From positions 310,001 to 374,000 of the forward strand of contig JBODTK010000102.1 of NCBI GenBank assembly GCA_050613775.1: a DNA stretch of 64,000 nt, in the 5' to 3' direction. The notes under the pieces were generated by a model that searched no databases, had not been told where the DNA came from, and worked only from the letters and a program-made list of their open reading frames with translations. Positions 1-14,836 of the stretch are shown here, piece after piece. How positions within the stretch are numbered: position 1 is the first letter of the stretch; every line of letters starts with the position of its first letter. This DNA comes from Neocallimastix sp. 'constans' (taxonomy: Eukaryota). Position numbers and translations under genes: made by a program.

Positions 1-1030
1 TTTTTATTTATACTATCGACGTAGAACATGTTCTTTAATGTAAGTTTTAAATTGTCGATTTATCAGGTAAAATTACCATAAGCTGAGGCAACAATTGTCT
101 TACCGTTTAGGAGGATAACTTCTTCATTACATTTTTTAATATTTGTAAGTCAATACATCCTGTGATATGTATGGAGGCGCCTAAGTCTATTATCCATTGT
201 GATATGTGGCTTTGCGAATTGTGGTTATTCTTGACAACTTTTGTAATATAATTTAATAATATTTTTAATCCTAGTCTGGGATTTGACTAGGATTAATTTG
301 TTGTCTTCCATCTTGATTATCTCCCTAGTGTTAGAAAATATGATGTCTGGATGACATCGAAATTACAGAGTTTCTTCTAATCATTTTTATATTGGAAAAC
401 ATTTAAAAACTTAAGTTTTTTTGGAAGTGACCTATTCAAAATACCAACATTGACAGAATTACTTACTTCATAATCAATATTTTATATCTTATATATTACA
501 TTTTGGAGTTTAGCAATAAAGATGTTAATATCATCTTCTTAATTATATTTCAGATAATTTATTTTGTTTTTGATTTCCAGTTTCCTTTTCTTTTGACTCA
601 TTGTGAAAATTTTTTCTAAAGTAGTCCATATTTGATGGGCTGTCTTTCCATTACCTTCAATTATCTTCTTTATATTTTCTCCTAAACTATTGGTAATGAT
701 CCATTTTACTATAACATTGTTTTTTATATCTTTTAACTATGTGTTCTTATCATATACTAGGCTAGAGTCAAACTTCTCTTCTAAATAATTGTCCTGGTTA
801 TCCCTGAGATTTCTTTTTCTAAGTTTCTTTACCTTTTCCTCTATTATGTGTCATTCTAAATTGTTAATCATCAATAAATATAGAATGTTTGTTCTCTATC
901 TAGGGTAATTTTCTGTAGAGAGTTCAATGATACGATTGAAATTTTCCGAGTAATTGAAGGTGTTAACTTTTGTTGTGATTTCGTCTGTGTCATCAATAGT
1001 TATGAAAACACTGTTTTTGTTTCTACTCAT
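1..1030 (-). pseudogene. copia gag-protease pseudogene
   Basis: Manual translation: MSRNKNSVFITIDDTDEITTKVNTFNYSENFNRIIELSTENYPR* ... QWIIDLGASIHITG ... TNIKKCNEEVILLNGK; stops and frameshifts. Confidence 0.85.
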
Positions 1031-1827
1031 TTTAATATCTCCCTTTTTTTAATTGTGTTAAAAATTGTTTTCTTGATGAAAAGATTTTTTTTTGTTCGTT
1101 TGCTAAGTCTTGGAGAATTTTACACTAGTAAATGATGTGATTAAATGTTGACTGATTCTTTGTTTTGTTTTATACTATTAGTTAATCTAATTGGTTGAAA
1201 TACTAATATTTGATTTGTTTAATGATTAATGCTTTTATTTTTTTTTTGTTACATTTAATTAGTTAGGTAATAATTAATTTTTATGTTTTAAATTATTGAT
1301 TTAAATTTTGTTATTCTATTTTTCATTTTTTTATTTATTTATTTAGGAAAAATTAAATTCATCTTTTAATTTATTATTTATTTAATTCTTTTTTTTTTTT
1401 TAAATTCTATTCGTTAAATTATTCGTTTATTCATTTGCTCTTAACACGAATTATATTTACCATTTATATCTTATTATTTATTAAAATTTTAAAAAGATTT
1501 TTGTTTTGTCACTGATTATATTCAGTAGGATGTCCTTTATTTGCTGCTAAATACTTCAGCATAGCACTATTTACTGCATACTCATTTAAGAGTTTTTCTT
1601 TTTTATGTAAATTAAAATAGTAATTATATCTCCTATTTTGAATGTATACATATTTTATTAAATTAGAATAAAATTTCCTTTTTTTTTATTTTTCATTTAT
1701 GAATAATAATATTTTAATACATAAATTAGTAAGTATACAATTAATTATTTATTTAATACTATATATATTTTGATATTTAGTTTTACATGAGTTGAGCTCT
1801 TTATTGGTTTAGTTGAAATTCTTAATC

Positions 1828-2020
1828 TTTTAAATATTAAAATTATAAAAGTACAATTATAAGGTATATGATATTAATAAAGCATTATATTTTTATATGA
1901 AAGTTTATATTAATAATAATTTTTTTACGAATTCTTTTTAATTTTTATATCTTATTTTATTTACGTATAAAATATGATTGGAAAATACTATGTTTGCCAC
2001 ATTAATATTGTAGTTTAACA
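1828..2020 (-). repeat. 5' LTR of element A0 (~193 bp, TG...AA)
   Basis: Starts immediately after the PBS and ends at tttaaca (2020); partner LTR is outside the window, so the outer boundary is inferred. Confidence 0.6.
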
Positions 2021-2025
2021 AATAG

Positions 2026-4338
2026 TTCCTGTACTAATAGAATCAAACTTTGGTTGTAAATCATTATTATTATTATTTTATATGTTGTTCGACTTTTTTA
2101 CAGGATTGTCTTTTTTTAAATTTCTTTATCTGCTTTATCATCATTACTAATTTCATCATTATTTTCATTATTTAATTTTAGATTATTTCTATTATATTCC
2201 TTATCCATTAAATAATCCATATTTTGAAATATTTGGAGTATTTGTAGGTTATATCATTATCTTTATCAAAGATCATAAGAATGTTTTCATATGATTTAGA
2301 GTTATAACTGCAATGATTATAACTTTCACAATTATACAATGAATTATAAGGAATTTCCATTGAACTTTCTTCAATAATATTTACAGATTTAAGATCATCA
2401 GTACTTGTAGAATAATCAAGATGACTATCTCTAAAATTTAATTCATTAAGGATAGTAATTGGTTTGATATTTAAATCAAAATCCGAAGATTTTAAGATTT
2501 CATTAATATCTTGAACTTAATATTTAATGTTACTTTAGTATCATTAAATTTTTACTACATATCTTCTGCATCTCTAATTTTCGTTATTAATTGTTGTTCA
2601 TCATTTATTACCTTTTTTATTCTTTTTTCTTCAGTTTCTTCAATATTTTTTTGTTTCTTTGTTTTATATAAAATCGATAGATTAAATATTTAAATTTTAT
2701 AAGAAAATGTTTTTCAACTATAACTTTTTGTTAGTAAATACTTTCTACAGTATCATTATATGATACCATAGAAATTGCAATGTTACTATTAATTTCATTT
2801 ATTTGAGGATCTTCATAATTCAATAGTATCTTTTATATTTGAATAATTTCTTTTTTATCTTGTCTTAAATAATTAATATTATTAATTAATGAAATTCATT
2901 TTTATTAATGAGGAATATTGTATAATAATAGAATTTTAAATATAACTAATTTGAAAACGAATAATGGCGAACTAGTCAAATCTTCCTTTGTGTTCATTTA
3001 TTCCTCCTTTTACAAAAAGGATTAACCTTCTGTTAAATAATCTAAAATAAATTCTCTTATTTTAATACATATAACCTATATACAACTATATAACAAATTT
3101 AATAGCAGAATTATTATTTACAACCACCTCTTTCTTCTATTTTTTGATTTAATGTTTTTCATGGAATAACTTTTAAATATTTCTCATTTGATGATTACTA
3201 GAATCAAAAATAAATTGCTGCCTTCTAATTATAACTTATATTCCATAATACAATATATATATCATGTTTCTTTCAAAATTTATATTTATTCATCAGTAAA
3301 ATACTTATTTCGATTTATAGTTCATTTTATAGTTATCATTTACTTTAAGAAGACAAGATTTCTTATTTTTCAAGCTAGGACCATATAATAATATATGTGT
3401 TTGTTCTAGGGGCCCTTTCAATAGATGTACTGATTTCTTTTTGCATAAACTTAAAAACTATATATAAAATAATATTTTTAAATACTTTAAGATGCTGAAT
3501 TTTTTATAACTATTATAAATTATAATTTAAATTTATTTCTATTGTAAATTGAATTTAATGCAAATTTTAGTTTTCAAAAGATAATTCTTTAATATTTACT
3601 ATCTCCATTGCAATAACAACAACTTTAATGAAAAATTTTATTTTCAAATAAGCACTTAATATTGACTACTTTTAATTTCATTTTCAATAATTATTGTCGT
3701 GGATCGTGAATTCAAAAAGTTTATTATTTATTAATAATAGATAATAAATAAATATATATTAATTACTTATAAATTTTAAGGTGATATACTATAATTAAAA
3801 TAATTTTAATAAAATAAATATTTGTGACTATATGTTTTCAATTTTATATATGTTATTTAATGAAGCAATTAAGTAGTTTTTATTATATTTATCTTTTCAT
3901 TCTTATATTTAAAAATATTTTTTAAATTTAATATATTTGTTTGGATGAGTTTGAAGTAATGTTAGTTTGTTGTCATTAATGAAAATTTGTCGTTAAAATA
4001 ATTAATTTAATAATAATATTAAAACAATTTAAAGTTAGATAGCTATATATATTTTTATATTTAATTTTATTATATTGAATACTTAAACTTTCACGTTTTT
4101 GCTCAATCTGGTATGACTGAGATTCTTAATCTTTTGAAATAAAAATATTTTTTATTATATAAAAATATAAGAATAGTATATGAAAAATAATAATGTTCAT
4201 TTTTTTGAAATTTATAGTTAATATAATCTGTGACTTATTATTATTATTGTTCATATATTTTACATAAATATATTAAAATATATAGTATTACTCCTTAAAT
4301 TAATATAATTATAAAACTTTATATTTATATTTCTTGCA
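2026..4338 (-). mobile_element. Non-autonomous LTR element (element E, related to D), 5' part, interrupted by A0; internal region is a decayed non-gag/pol ORF
   Basis: PBS at 4118-4131; 4030-4131 and LTR 4132-4338 align with D (29258-29570); minus-strand 2030-3450 gives long stop-interrupted reading stretches (e.g. VQDINEILKSSDFDLNIKPITILNELNFRDSHLDYSTS) with no retroelement motif. Confidence 0.65.
4132..4338 (-). repeat. 5' LTR of element E
   Basis: The 4240-4338 part is similar to the D LTR (attattg.tcatata...actccttaa.ttaatat...taaaacttt.atatttatatt...ca). Confidence 0.65.
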
Positions 4339-6662
4339 TAAAATAAAGTTTTTAATTATTTTCTAATATTAAGTATTATTAATATTAATATATCCGAAAA
4401 AAAGATTAGAAGAAAAAACTTGGAAATGATTTATTTAAATCATATTAAATAAACAATTTTATGAATTAATTAATTTTAAATTTTAACAAATTGTTTAAAT
4501 TAATTAATTAAATAATGGTAAATTTAATAATTCCAAAAAAGAATGTATTTATTTATAGAAAAAAAATATAAATTTGTTAAAGTTCTAATAATCGTTATTT
4601 ATTAATAATTTTGTAAATTTAATTAGTAATATGAATAAATATAAAAATTTCTTATTTCAATTATCTTTAATTAATATAATTTTAATTTTAAAAATATCAG
4701 CAATAAAGTAATGTTTTTTGAATTAATTAATTATATTTTATATAATAAGGTTTCCAATTTACAATTTTATTATTATTTAATTATTATTTATTTATATATA
4801 CATTTTAATAAGTAATTCTATTATTATTAATAATAAAAGAAACTATTACAATTGAACTAATATCAATAACCCATTGTAATTGTACTGATGTTAAATTAAT
4901 CCTATATTGGATTAATTAAAATTATTAAATTTAATAGAAATATTATTAATTAAAAATCAGAATATTGTTAAATAGGTGAATAAATCATAGTAATAAAATA
5001 AAAATCTAGTTAAATTAGTGAATATTTAAATAAATAATATAAAAAAAAATATTTAACTCGATTAAAATATTAATTTAACAAATGTAACGACATTTAAATT
5101 AATTAAGCCTCTGCATTATAATGTTTGAATTTAATTTTAATTTTAATAAACACAAATTTTAGTTAAATAATTAGTATATATAATTTGTTAAGAAAAATTG
5201 TTAAATGTTATTGTTAATTATTTTTATTTTTTATTTTTCACTTTAATTTTATTTTTAATTATTTTTTCTGATTTAGAAAGTTATAGTTGTTCTATTATTA
5301 TTGATACAATTTATTTTAATATAAAATAAACAAAATTCTTTTTAATATCTTAAATTAATATTAAATAATAAAATTCTTAATTTTAATTTTTTAATTTAGA
5401 GTATTTCTAACAACTGAAACATATTGAAATTAAGTTAATTTAGTAATTTCTTACTTAAAATCTTTATTTTCATGTCTAAATATACTAGTCAATAAAAAAT
5501 AAATGTAAATTTAATTTTATTTAAATATTTTAATAAATAATTAAAAATATATAAAACTAATTAGTTATTGATTTATTAATATATTTTTTTTATTAAAAAA
5601 TAATTTTATTAAAAAATCATTATTAAATTTATTAATATTATAATTATTATCTAATTTTTATTATTATTAAGTCGGAATAATTTTTAATACTATTAATTTT
5701 TATTTCTATTTATATTAATTTTTATAATTTTTATAATTAAACTCTATTTACAAAGAATAAACTAAACTATTAATAATATATAATTAAATAACCAATTATT
5801 GCTTATTTTATATTATTTTAACTGAATTATTATTAATTTTGTATTATTTACATATTTAACATTTTTATAATTTAACAATTTTATAATCTAAAAATTAATT
5901 AATTTATTATTATTTAATTATTAATTATTTTTAAATTCAGTTTTTGTAATTATTTATAAATTCTAAATTTCATTCTTTATCATAACCAATGAATAAACGT
6001 TAATAGTATATAAGTATAATATTTGCCTTTCAAGCAAATGGCCAGAATTCAATTTTTGGCTTAACGCATGTTTAATATTGTATAAACTATTACAACTTAA
6101 TTTAAATGTATCAGTGAATATTTTAAAAATAATATTTTACTAATAAAGTTTAAATAATGAAATTAAAATTTTCTTTTAAATTATTAATCAAATTATAATA
6201 ATAAATATAAAAAATATAATTTAAATATAAATTATATAAATTAAATTTTAAATATATCTTAAGTATATTTATTAATATATACATAAATTTAGTAATTATT
6301 AATTATTAAATATTTAATAATTAATAATATATTGATCTTATAATTATACTTTTTATATAAAATATAAATAATAATAATTATTTAAAATCATCTTAATAAT
6401 AAAAATATACTATAATTTATTTTTAAATATAATTTATAATGCCAAACTTCAAATATTTTCAAATTAAACTTTTCAAAATTTTCATTTTCTTTTAAATAAT
6501 TTATTAAAAATAATTAATGATTTTTTTTTACTTTTTATTTTATTATATTTTTTTTTCGGATAACAAAAAATAACTAAGAATTTTGGATTAATTTTTCTCT
6601 TCTTCAATATATAATAAATAAATATAATAATTATAATAATAATAAAATTTAATAATAATAAT

Positions 6663-9600
6663 TTGGTTAAAATCAATTATACACATTTAAAATCAATTGA
6701 TAAACTAAATTTATGGCATCGTCGTTTTGCCCATTTTAATATCAATAGTATCAAAAATAAAATTTTAAAAATCAACATAAACTCAAAGTGCCCTATTTGT
6801 AGTTATTCTAAACTTAAAAATAAGCCATTCAAATCATCACATAATAGAGCCAAAAATATATTTCAACTCGTACACATGGATCTTATAGGTCCAATACAAA
6901 ACTCTATCTATGACAATAAATATATCTTAACCATTTTGGATGACCATTCAAGATTTGGGTGGACTCTCTTTATGAAGAGTAAATCAGAAACTTTTTATCA
7001 CTTCCATAATTGGTTTAATAAAATAAAAAATCAATTTAACAAAAGAATTCAATATATCCGTACAGATAATGGAACCGAATTTAACAACAAAAATTTAAAA
7101 CAATTCTGCATTGACTTTGGAATACAACATCAGTTTACTGTTCCCTACCACCCACAACAAAATGGTAGGATTGAACGATTCAACGGCACTATAATCAATT
7201 CCGCAAAGTCAATGTTAAATGACGCAAAACTTAGCTTACAATTTTGGGAAGACGCCGTCTCTACTTCGAACTACATTCATAATCGAATCCCTCATAAAGG
7301 AATAAATAATAAAATTCCATATGAACTTTTAACCAATAACAAAGTTGATTATTCAAACATACGTGTCTTCGGATGTAAAGTTTTTTATTACGTTCCAAAA
7401 CTATTCCGTACCAAATTTCAAAATAACTCATCTCCTGGCATATTCTTGGGGTATGTTGATAATCCCACAGCATACAAAATTCTTGATATTACAAATAATA
7501 AAATTATAATTTCACGAAATGTTGAATTCTTTGAATTTACTCCAGGAAATTCACATTTATCTCATTGCGATAATGACATCTCAAATTTTATTCCCAATAA
7601 TATAATAAGGAGGAATAATAATACCTACTTTTATGATAACACGTATGATATAAACCATGGCAAAGACTTCAATAATACTAACAATAATAATCCGTATTAT
7701 CAATATAATAACAATAACTCAAATAATATTCAAATATTAGACAATAATACTCAAATAAATGAAAATAATATACCAAGTAAAAACATTCAAATAAAAAATA
7801 AAAGAACATATAACAAAAGAAGAAACAACAATAATAACAACACCAAAAATATTAATAATAATCAAAACAAAGATTATAATAATAATATAGAATCTCAAGA
7901 TAATAACATTAACAATAACTACAATAATAATAACAATAACACAAGTAACAATAAAATTAATAACAACGATAATACAAACAGCAACAACAACACTACCAAC
8001 AGCAATAATAACAAAATAAATAATAATATTTATAAAAACGACAATATGATCACTGTCAGTAATAAAAACAATCATAATAATTCAAATATAGACAGATATA
8101 ATTCAAACAATAATAACGATAACAACAATGAACAACGAATCATTAATAACTTAACGAATAACAAATTATTTAATATAGAATCTTCCATACATTTAGGAAA
8201 AAGAAATAGAAATGAAAACTTCATATTAAATTCAAATAACAAAAAACAAAAATCATTAAAAGAATTATGCGAACCAAATAATTATGATGATATCTTTAAT
8301 TTAAATGATAAAAATGAATGGTTAAAATCAGTCGATAATGAACTCGACAATATGAGAAATCTAAAAGTATATGAAACAATTGATAAAATACCTAAGAACG
8401 CAAACTTAATATCATCAAGATGGATTTTCAAATTCAAACGAAACTCAAATGGAGAAATAATCAAAAGAAAATCAAGATTAGTAGCAAAGGGATTTACGCA
8501 AGAATACGGCATAGATTATAAAGAAACCTTTGCACCTACATTAAAACAGGATTCAATAAGAATCTTTACAGCAATTGCCACTCAGAACAATTTTGAAATA
8601 AACCAAATAGATATAACTGCCGCCTATTTAAATGCTGAATTAAATGAAGATTTGTATATGAAACCACCTAAAGGACATGAAGATTACAATAAGAAATTTT
8701 GGAAATTGAAGAAGGCAATATATGGACTGAAACAAAGTGGTGCCAAGTGGAATAATAAATTAAACGGCTATCTAATAAAAATTGGATATAAAAGACTTAT
8801 AAGTGAACCTTGTCTGTACGTTAAATTTAACAAAAGATAACTTTTAAGTATGTTAGCTATATATGTGGATGATATTTTAATATCAGGATCAAAGAAAACA
8901 ATAGAAAGTGTAAAATTATTAATTGAGAAAAAGTTCAAAATGAAAGATATAGGTAATGTTGATTATATTATTGGAATAAAATTTATAAAACATAAAAATG
9001 GTTACTTTTTACATCAACACAGATATATAGATGAATTACTTTCTAAGTTTAATATGAAAAATTGTACACCTCTTAGAATTATGACTCCAATTGAAAATGA
9101 AGATCTTAGGAAGGTAAAAGTAGATGAAACAAAATATAGAAGCATAATAAGAAATTTATTATATCTCAGTATATATACAAGACCCGACATTATCTTCTCT
9201 GTATCAAAAGCAGCTAGAAGAGCAAAGGAACCAAATATGGAAGACTGGAATAACGTAATGAGAATATTAAGATATTTAAAAGGAACTAAAAACTATGGAA
9301 TAAATTTTACAAATAATCCGAATGTTAAAGCGTATGTCGATTCGGATTACGGAGGTGACTTGGAGACTAGACGTTCAACAACAGGATTCTTAATAACATT
9401 TGGTGGTGCACCAACAAGCTGGTGTTCAAAGTTACAAAAATCAATATCGACTTCAACAGCCGAGTCCGAATATTACAGTCTTAGTGAATGCGGTAAACAA
9501 TGTATATGGTACTTAAATTTATTCGAAGAATTGAACTTAAATATTAAAAATATTGAAGTAAATATTGACAATAAAGCAGCTATTTATAACGCTACAAATC

Positions 9601-9803
9601 AAACTATCAACCCAAAAACTAAACATGTAGACATTAGGGTTCATTACATAAGAGAAATAGTCAAAGAAAATAAAATCTATCTTAAATATATAAAATCTGA
9701 AAACAATCTTGCTGATGGGTTTACGAAGTATTTAAATGGGACATTAATGGATAAATTTAGAAATTCCTTATTAACAAAAATTGATGATTTATATTTTATT
9801 TGA
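6663..9803 (+). pseudogene. copia pol (GAG-pre-integrase, integrase, RT, RNase H) with one in-frame stop at 8838-8840; element F, 5'-truncated
   Basis: LWHRRFAH, HMDLIGP, RTDNGTEF, QQNGRIER, SRLVAKGFTQ, YVDD, YVDSDYGGD, KTKHVDIR, NLADGFTK; ORFs 6663-8840 and 8850-9803 share a frame; no gag or 5' LTR seen upstream. Confidence 0.93.
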
Positions 9804-9845
9804 AATAATATAAATAAAAAATATGACATTTTAGGAAAGTCATAT

Positions 9846-10053
9846 TTTAGGAGGAATGTTAGAATATAAAAAAAAATAAATACTTAATAATGACTTTAAT
9901 ATATTTTACCCAATCAGAATATTATTATATTTAAATAAAATTATAAAAGAAATAAAATGTAACCTTGTTAAAAATATACACTTTTTTAATTATAAAAAAT
10001 AAAGATAAATAAAATTAAATATTAAGTATTATATATAAAATGCTATTCTAAAA
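9846..10053 (+). repeat. PPT (tttaggaggaa, 9846-9856) and 3' LTR (9857-10053) of element F
   Basis: TGTTAGAATA follows the PPT; the imperfect inverted terminus TATTCTAAAA is at 10044-10053. Confidence 0.65.
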
Positions 10054-10499
10054 ATATATCTAATTTTCTCAATATTTGTTTTTGGTGTTTAATATTATTT
10101 ATTAATATTTTTAAAATATTAAAATTTTTTTTGTTAAAGTTTAAGATTTTATAAAATACAGCGCAAGAATTTTATAATGTATTAAAATGATAAATTAAAT
10201 ATTTAAATATCAGTTTTTAATTTTAATAATAAAATCTAAGTTATTATCCTTTACATCTTTTATATTATTAATATTTTTTTATAGAGATAAAATTATTATT
10301 CATTTTATATATATTTTAAAAAATTATTTAAATATTAAATATTAAAAAAATAATTTTGCAAAGGATTGTTATATAACTATATATTAAAAAATCAGTATAA
10401 AATAAAAAATAATCTCAATTTTATTTAAAATTTATGAAATTAAATATATTTAATAAGATTGAATAATTGAAAATTAATTAAAAATATTTAACAAATTGG

Positions 10500-10665
10500 A
10501 AGGACTAAAAATAGTTATTAGTGAAATTTATGTATGAAAAGAGCAAATAATTATTAATAAAAAAATTTAAATATAATTATTTATATATTAAAAAGAATAA
10601 ATCAAAGTTATATAGATGTACCGAATATAAAACTTTAAGTAAAAGTAAATTTTATATTATTTTAT
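10500..10665 (+). pseudogene. MULE transposase N-terminal relic
   Basis: Translates with a frameshift to KEQIIINKK...SKLYRCTEYKTLSKSKFYIIL, matching the N-terminus of the 41057-42481 transposase. Confidence 0.7.
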
Positions 10666-11668
10666 ATTTTATTTTTATAATCCTATAATTAATATTAATA
10701 TCGAAATTAATTTATTAATATTATTAAAAATAAAAAATTTATATTATATTTTATTAAAATACTAATATTTAACATTATATATATAATAAAATAAAATATT
10801 TTTATATTTTATTTATATTAAATCAATTTTTAATTAAAAATTATAACTTTTAAAATAATAATCAATATAATAAAGTTTAATCAAAAACAATTTAGTTTTT
10901 TCTTTTTATTATTAATTATTTAATAATTTTATTTATATATCGAATTTCTCAAAAAAATAAAAACTTTTTTTCTTTACTGGATTATTTATAATTATTTCAT
11001 TTAATAAAAAAATTTATTAGTAATTTAAGATTTTTTAAAATACTACGAAAGAACTTAAATGGTATAAAATAATTAATTAATTATTTAGATATTATTTTTT
11101 ATTTTTTTTTTAATAATTATATTTTAATTTTAATAATTATATCTTAAATTAATATCCTTTTCATTATTAATTATTATTAATATTTATTTTGATTATATAT
11201 ATTAAATTATTATAAATTATATATATTTTAAAAATTTAAAATTCATTTATAACTTGTGATAAAAATTTTATTTTTTAATGTTTAAATTCTAATTTAAATT
11301 TAGTATTATATATTTATATTTATTATATTTTTTTTAAATCAATTTATTTTTAAATTTATTTATTTATTATAGTTTTTTTTATTTATTTTCTATTTATTTA
11401 ATTATTTTTTTATATTATATGTATTATTTATTTGTTTTATTATTATTTTATTAATTTATTTACTTTTTAAAAATTATAAGAATATTTAGATTATGTTTTT
11501 AAAAAATTATTTAATTAAAATTTTTTTCATATTTTTATACTATTTTTTAACTATTTAGTTTGTTTATTATATCGAAATATAATAATTTACATTAATTTAA
11601 AATACTATAAAAATTATAATAAAATTCATGTTAACATATATATATAATATCATTTATTTTATTATATC

Positions 11669-14600
11669 TGTTAGAGACGAAATCGTTACATACATTTATT
11701 TATATTATTAATTTATATCAATAAATAATTAATCTCTAAGTAAATTAAATAATATTAACTTAGATATAAAAATATGAAATAAATTTAATGTAAAATATCA
11801 CTAAGAAAAAATATATATATCCTTATAACAAAAATTATTAATAAACATTTTATAATATTACTCATAACATAAAATACTTTGTTTCATTGTTTTTATTAAT
11901 ACAGTGTTTGTCTTAGATTTATAAATTTGTTTTTCACAGATTAGGAGTCTCAACTCTTCAGTTGAGATATCAATAAAGCTAAGTTGGAATAAATAAAACA
12001 TAAAATCAATTTATCATTAATATCCAAACTAATAAAAATCAACAAAGTCTATTAATATAGAATTAATCTGTTGGACCTTAGATTCAGGAGCTTCAATCAA
12101 CATCACCAACAGACTAGATAAACTCACAAATATTAAATATTGTAATGAAAAAATATTTTTTGTAAACAATCAATCGATTATCATCAATAAAGTTGGCACC
12201 TTCATAGGATACATTAATGAATACGAATTCACAATTGAAGATGTTTATTACTCACCATTAATCAATATAAATTTAATATCAATTGGAAACTTAATTAAAC
12301 AAAATTATAAAATTTTATTTAACACCAATCACAACAAATCATATGTCACGATCTATGACAAATACCAAAACAAAATCGCCAATATTATTTCAAATGCAAA
12401 TAACACATTCAACATTTGGTTATCAACCCAACGTATATTTCTACACGACAATAATACCAGAAGCACAAATGATGAAATCAATTATATTAACATGAAGATT
12501 CCTGATTAATTAAATTTATGGCATAGAAGGTTTAGTCACTTCGATACAAAATCAATTAAAAACAAATTACTTAAGACAGATATCAAATTAAAATGTCCTC
12601 TATGTGCTCAATCCAAGATTAAAAACAAACCTTATTCAAAAAATATTAATACAACTAAGCACATCTTTGAACTACTACACTAATAACACTTCTACTCAAA
12701 ATACAACTAATAGCACAAGTCAACGCAAAGTTACCAGCACTAATAAAAATAGCAACATCAATAATAATCAAAATAACACTATTAAAACTACTCAAAGCAA
12801 TGATAATAATATCAACACTAATCAAACAAAAAACAACAACAATCATTCAAATTCGAACGTTCATTCTGAAACAAACGATATGAATATCAACAGTATTATA
12901 AGCAACCAAAACAATAAAGTTAAAGGAAACCAAACACCTAACAATAATAATACTTTAATATGCAACAATCAAGTGTTAAATAAAAATTTAAGAGAATCTT
13001 TAGACTATGACGATTTATACAACCTCGAAGATCAAGAAGAATTGTTTAACTCTGCTGAAAATGAATTTGGCAACTTGAGAGACCTAAAAGTTTATGAACA
13101 AGTAAATAAAGATGAAATTCCAGAAGAAGCTAAAATATCAAATCCAGACTAATATTCAAATACAAAAGAAATTCTAAAGGGGACATAGTCAAAAGAAAAA
13201 CAAGGCTTGTAGCAAAAGGGTTCACACAGCAACATGGAATAGACTATAAAGATACATTTGCACCCACCTTAAAACTAGATTCGATAAGAATATTTACACA
13301 TATAGCAGCAAGAAATAATTTCCAAATAGAACAAATAGATGTTAATGCTGCTTATTTAAACGCCCATCAAAAGGAAGAAATATACATGGAGCCTCCAAAG
13401 GGACATCCCGATCACAAGAAATACATCTGGAAACTCAAGAAAGCCATGGAATGGAACAATGAATTAAATGGGCATCTACTAAACATTGGTTTCAAAAGAT
13501 TGACTTGTGAACCATGCAAATATTTTACAATAGATAAACATAACAAGATTACATGCCTCATAGCTGTTTATGTGGACGATATACTACTTGCAGATAACAA
13601 AGCAAAAGTAGATCAAATCAAAAATATGATAAAAAATAGATTCAAAATAAAAGAAATTGGTGAAGTCAATTTCATAATAGGAATAAAATTTGTATAGTAT
13701 AAACACGGTTACTTCTTAAATCAAGAAAGATATATAAACGATATAATTACCAAATATGAATTGTCAAGTGCTACTCCTATTCGTAATATAACACCAATTG
13801 AAAATGAAGAATTAAGAAAAATGAAAATGAATGAAACTACTTATAGAAGCGCTGTTGGAAGCTAATAATACTTAGGTATCTGTACTAGACCCGATATTAT
13901 ATGCAGTATCCAAAGCGGCACAAAAATCAAAAGAACCTAACTTGGAATATTGGGAAAATTTAAAACGAATATTAAAATATTTAAAGGGAACAATAAAATA
14001 TGGTATTAACATATCAAGAAACTCCAATGTCAAAGCTTTCGTAGATGCAGACTACGCTGGGGACACAAAAACAAGAAGATCGACTACAGTATTCGTAATT
14101 ACTATAGGAGATTCCCCTACTAGTTGGTGTTCAAAACTACAGCATTGTGTATCGACTTCCACGGCTGAGGCCGAATACTATAGTCTTAGCGAATGTAGCA
14201 AACATTGCATGTGGTACATAAACTTATTGAAGGAATTAAAATCCAACATTAGTGGTATTGAAGTCAACATAGACAATAAAGCTGCAATCTATAATGCAAA
14301 AAACCAATCGATTAATCCAAGAACAAAACATATGGACATAAGATTTCACTATGTAAGAGAATTAGTAAAGAACAATAAAATAATATTATAATATTTAAAA
14401 TCTCAAAACAATTTAGCAGAAGACTTTACGAAGTATCTAAACGGATCTTAGGGGTTAGGGTTATTAACACAGCCAATGGACTTGAAAATTTATTAACTTA
14501 AATTTTTTAAAATAAAAAAAAAAATCAATTATAACCTTAAAAAATAAGTTATAATTGTGAGTGAAAGTTAGAGACGAAATCGTTACATACATTTATTTAT

Positions 14601-14836
14601 ATTATTAATTTATATCAACCAATAATTAATCTCTAAGTAAATTAAATAATATTAACTACGATATAAAAATATGAAATAAATTTAATATAAAAATATCTTG
14701 TAGAAAAAATATATATCTCCTTAAAATAAAAATTATTAATAAACATTTTATAATATTACTCATAATATAAAATACTTTGTTATATTGTTTTTATTAATAC
14801 AGTGTTTGTTTTAGATTTATAAATTTGTTTTTCGCA
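11669..14836 (+). mobile_element. Internally deleted Ty1/copia element (element G), TSD ATATC
   Basis: LTRs at 11669-11938 and 14566-14836; ATATC at 11664-11668 and 14837-14841; PBS at 11939-11952; protease WTLDSGAS near 12071; gag and integrase core missing; RT/RNase H broken (YVDD, FVDADYAGD). Confidence 0.92.
12060..14450 (+). pseudogene. copia protease-RT-RNase H pseudogene of element G
   Basis: ORF fragments at 13386-13697 and 13942-14391 plus motifs between them; several stops and frameshifts. Confidence 0.9.

Larger units (their letters stand above)
1..2020 (-). mobile_element. Ty1/copia LTR retrotransposon, 5' part (element A0), decayed, continues off the left edge
   Basis: 5' LTR at 1828-2020, PBS at 1814-1827, gag start at 1030 (MSRNKN...FNYSENFN, matching gag of elements B and C), protease WIID(L)GAS near 170-197. 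Confidence 0.85.

Noticed and set aside
8838..8840. Stop-codon readthrough in F pol
   Set aside because: The stop lies inside RT just before YVDD, where the other copies have sense codons; it is a simple nonsense mutation
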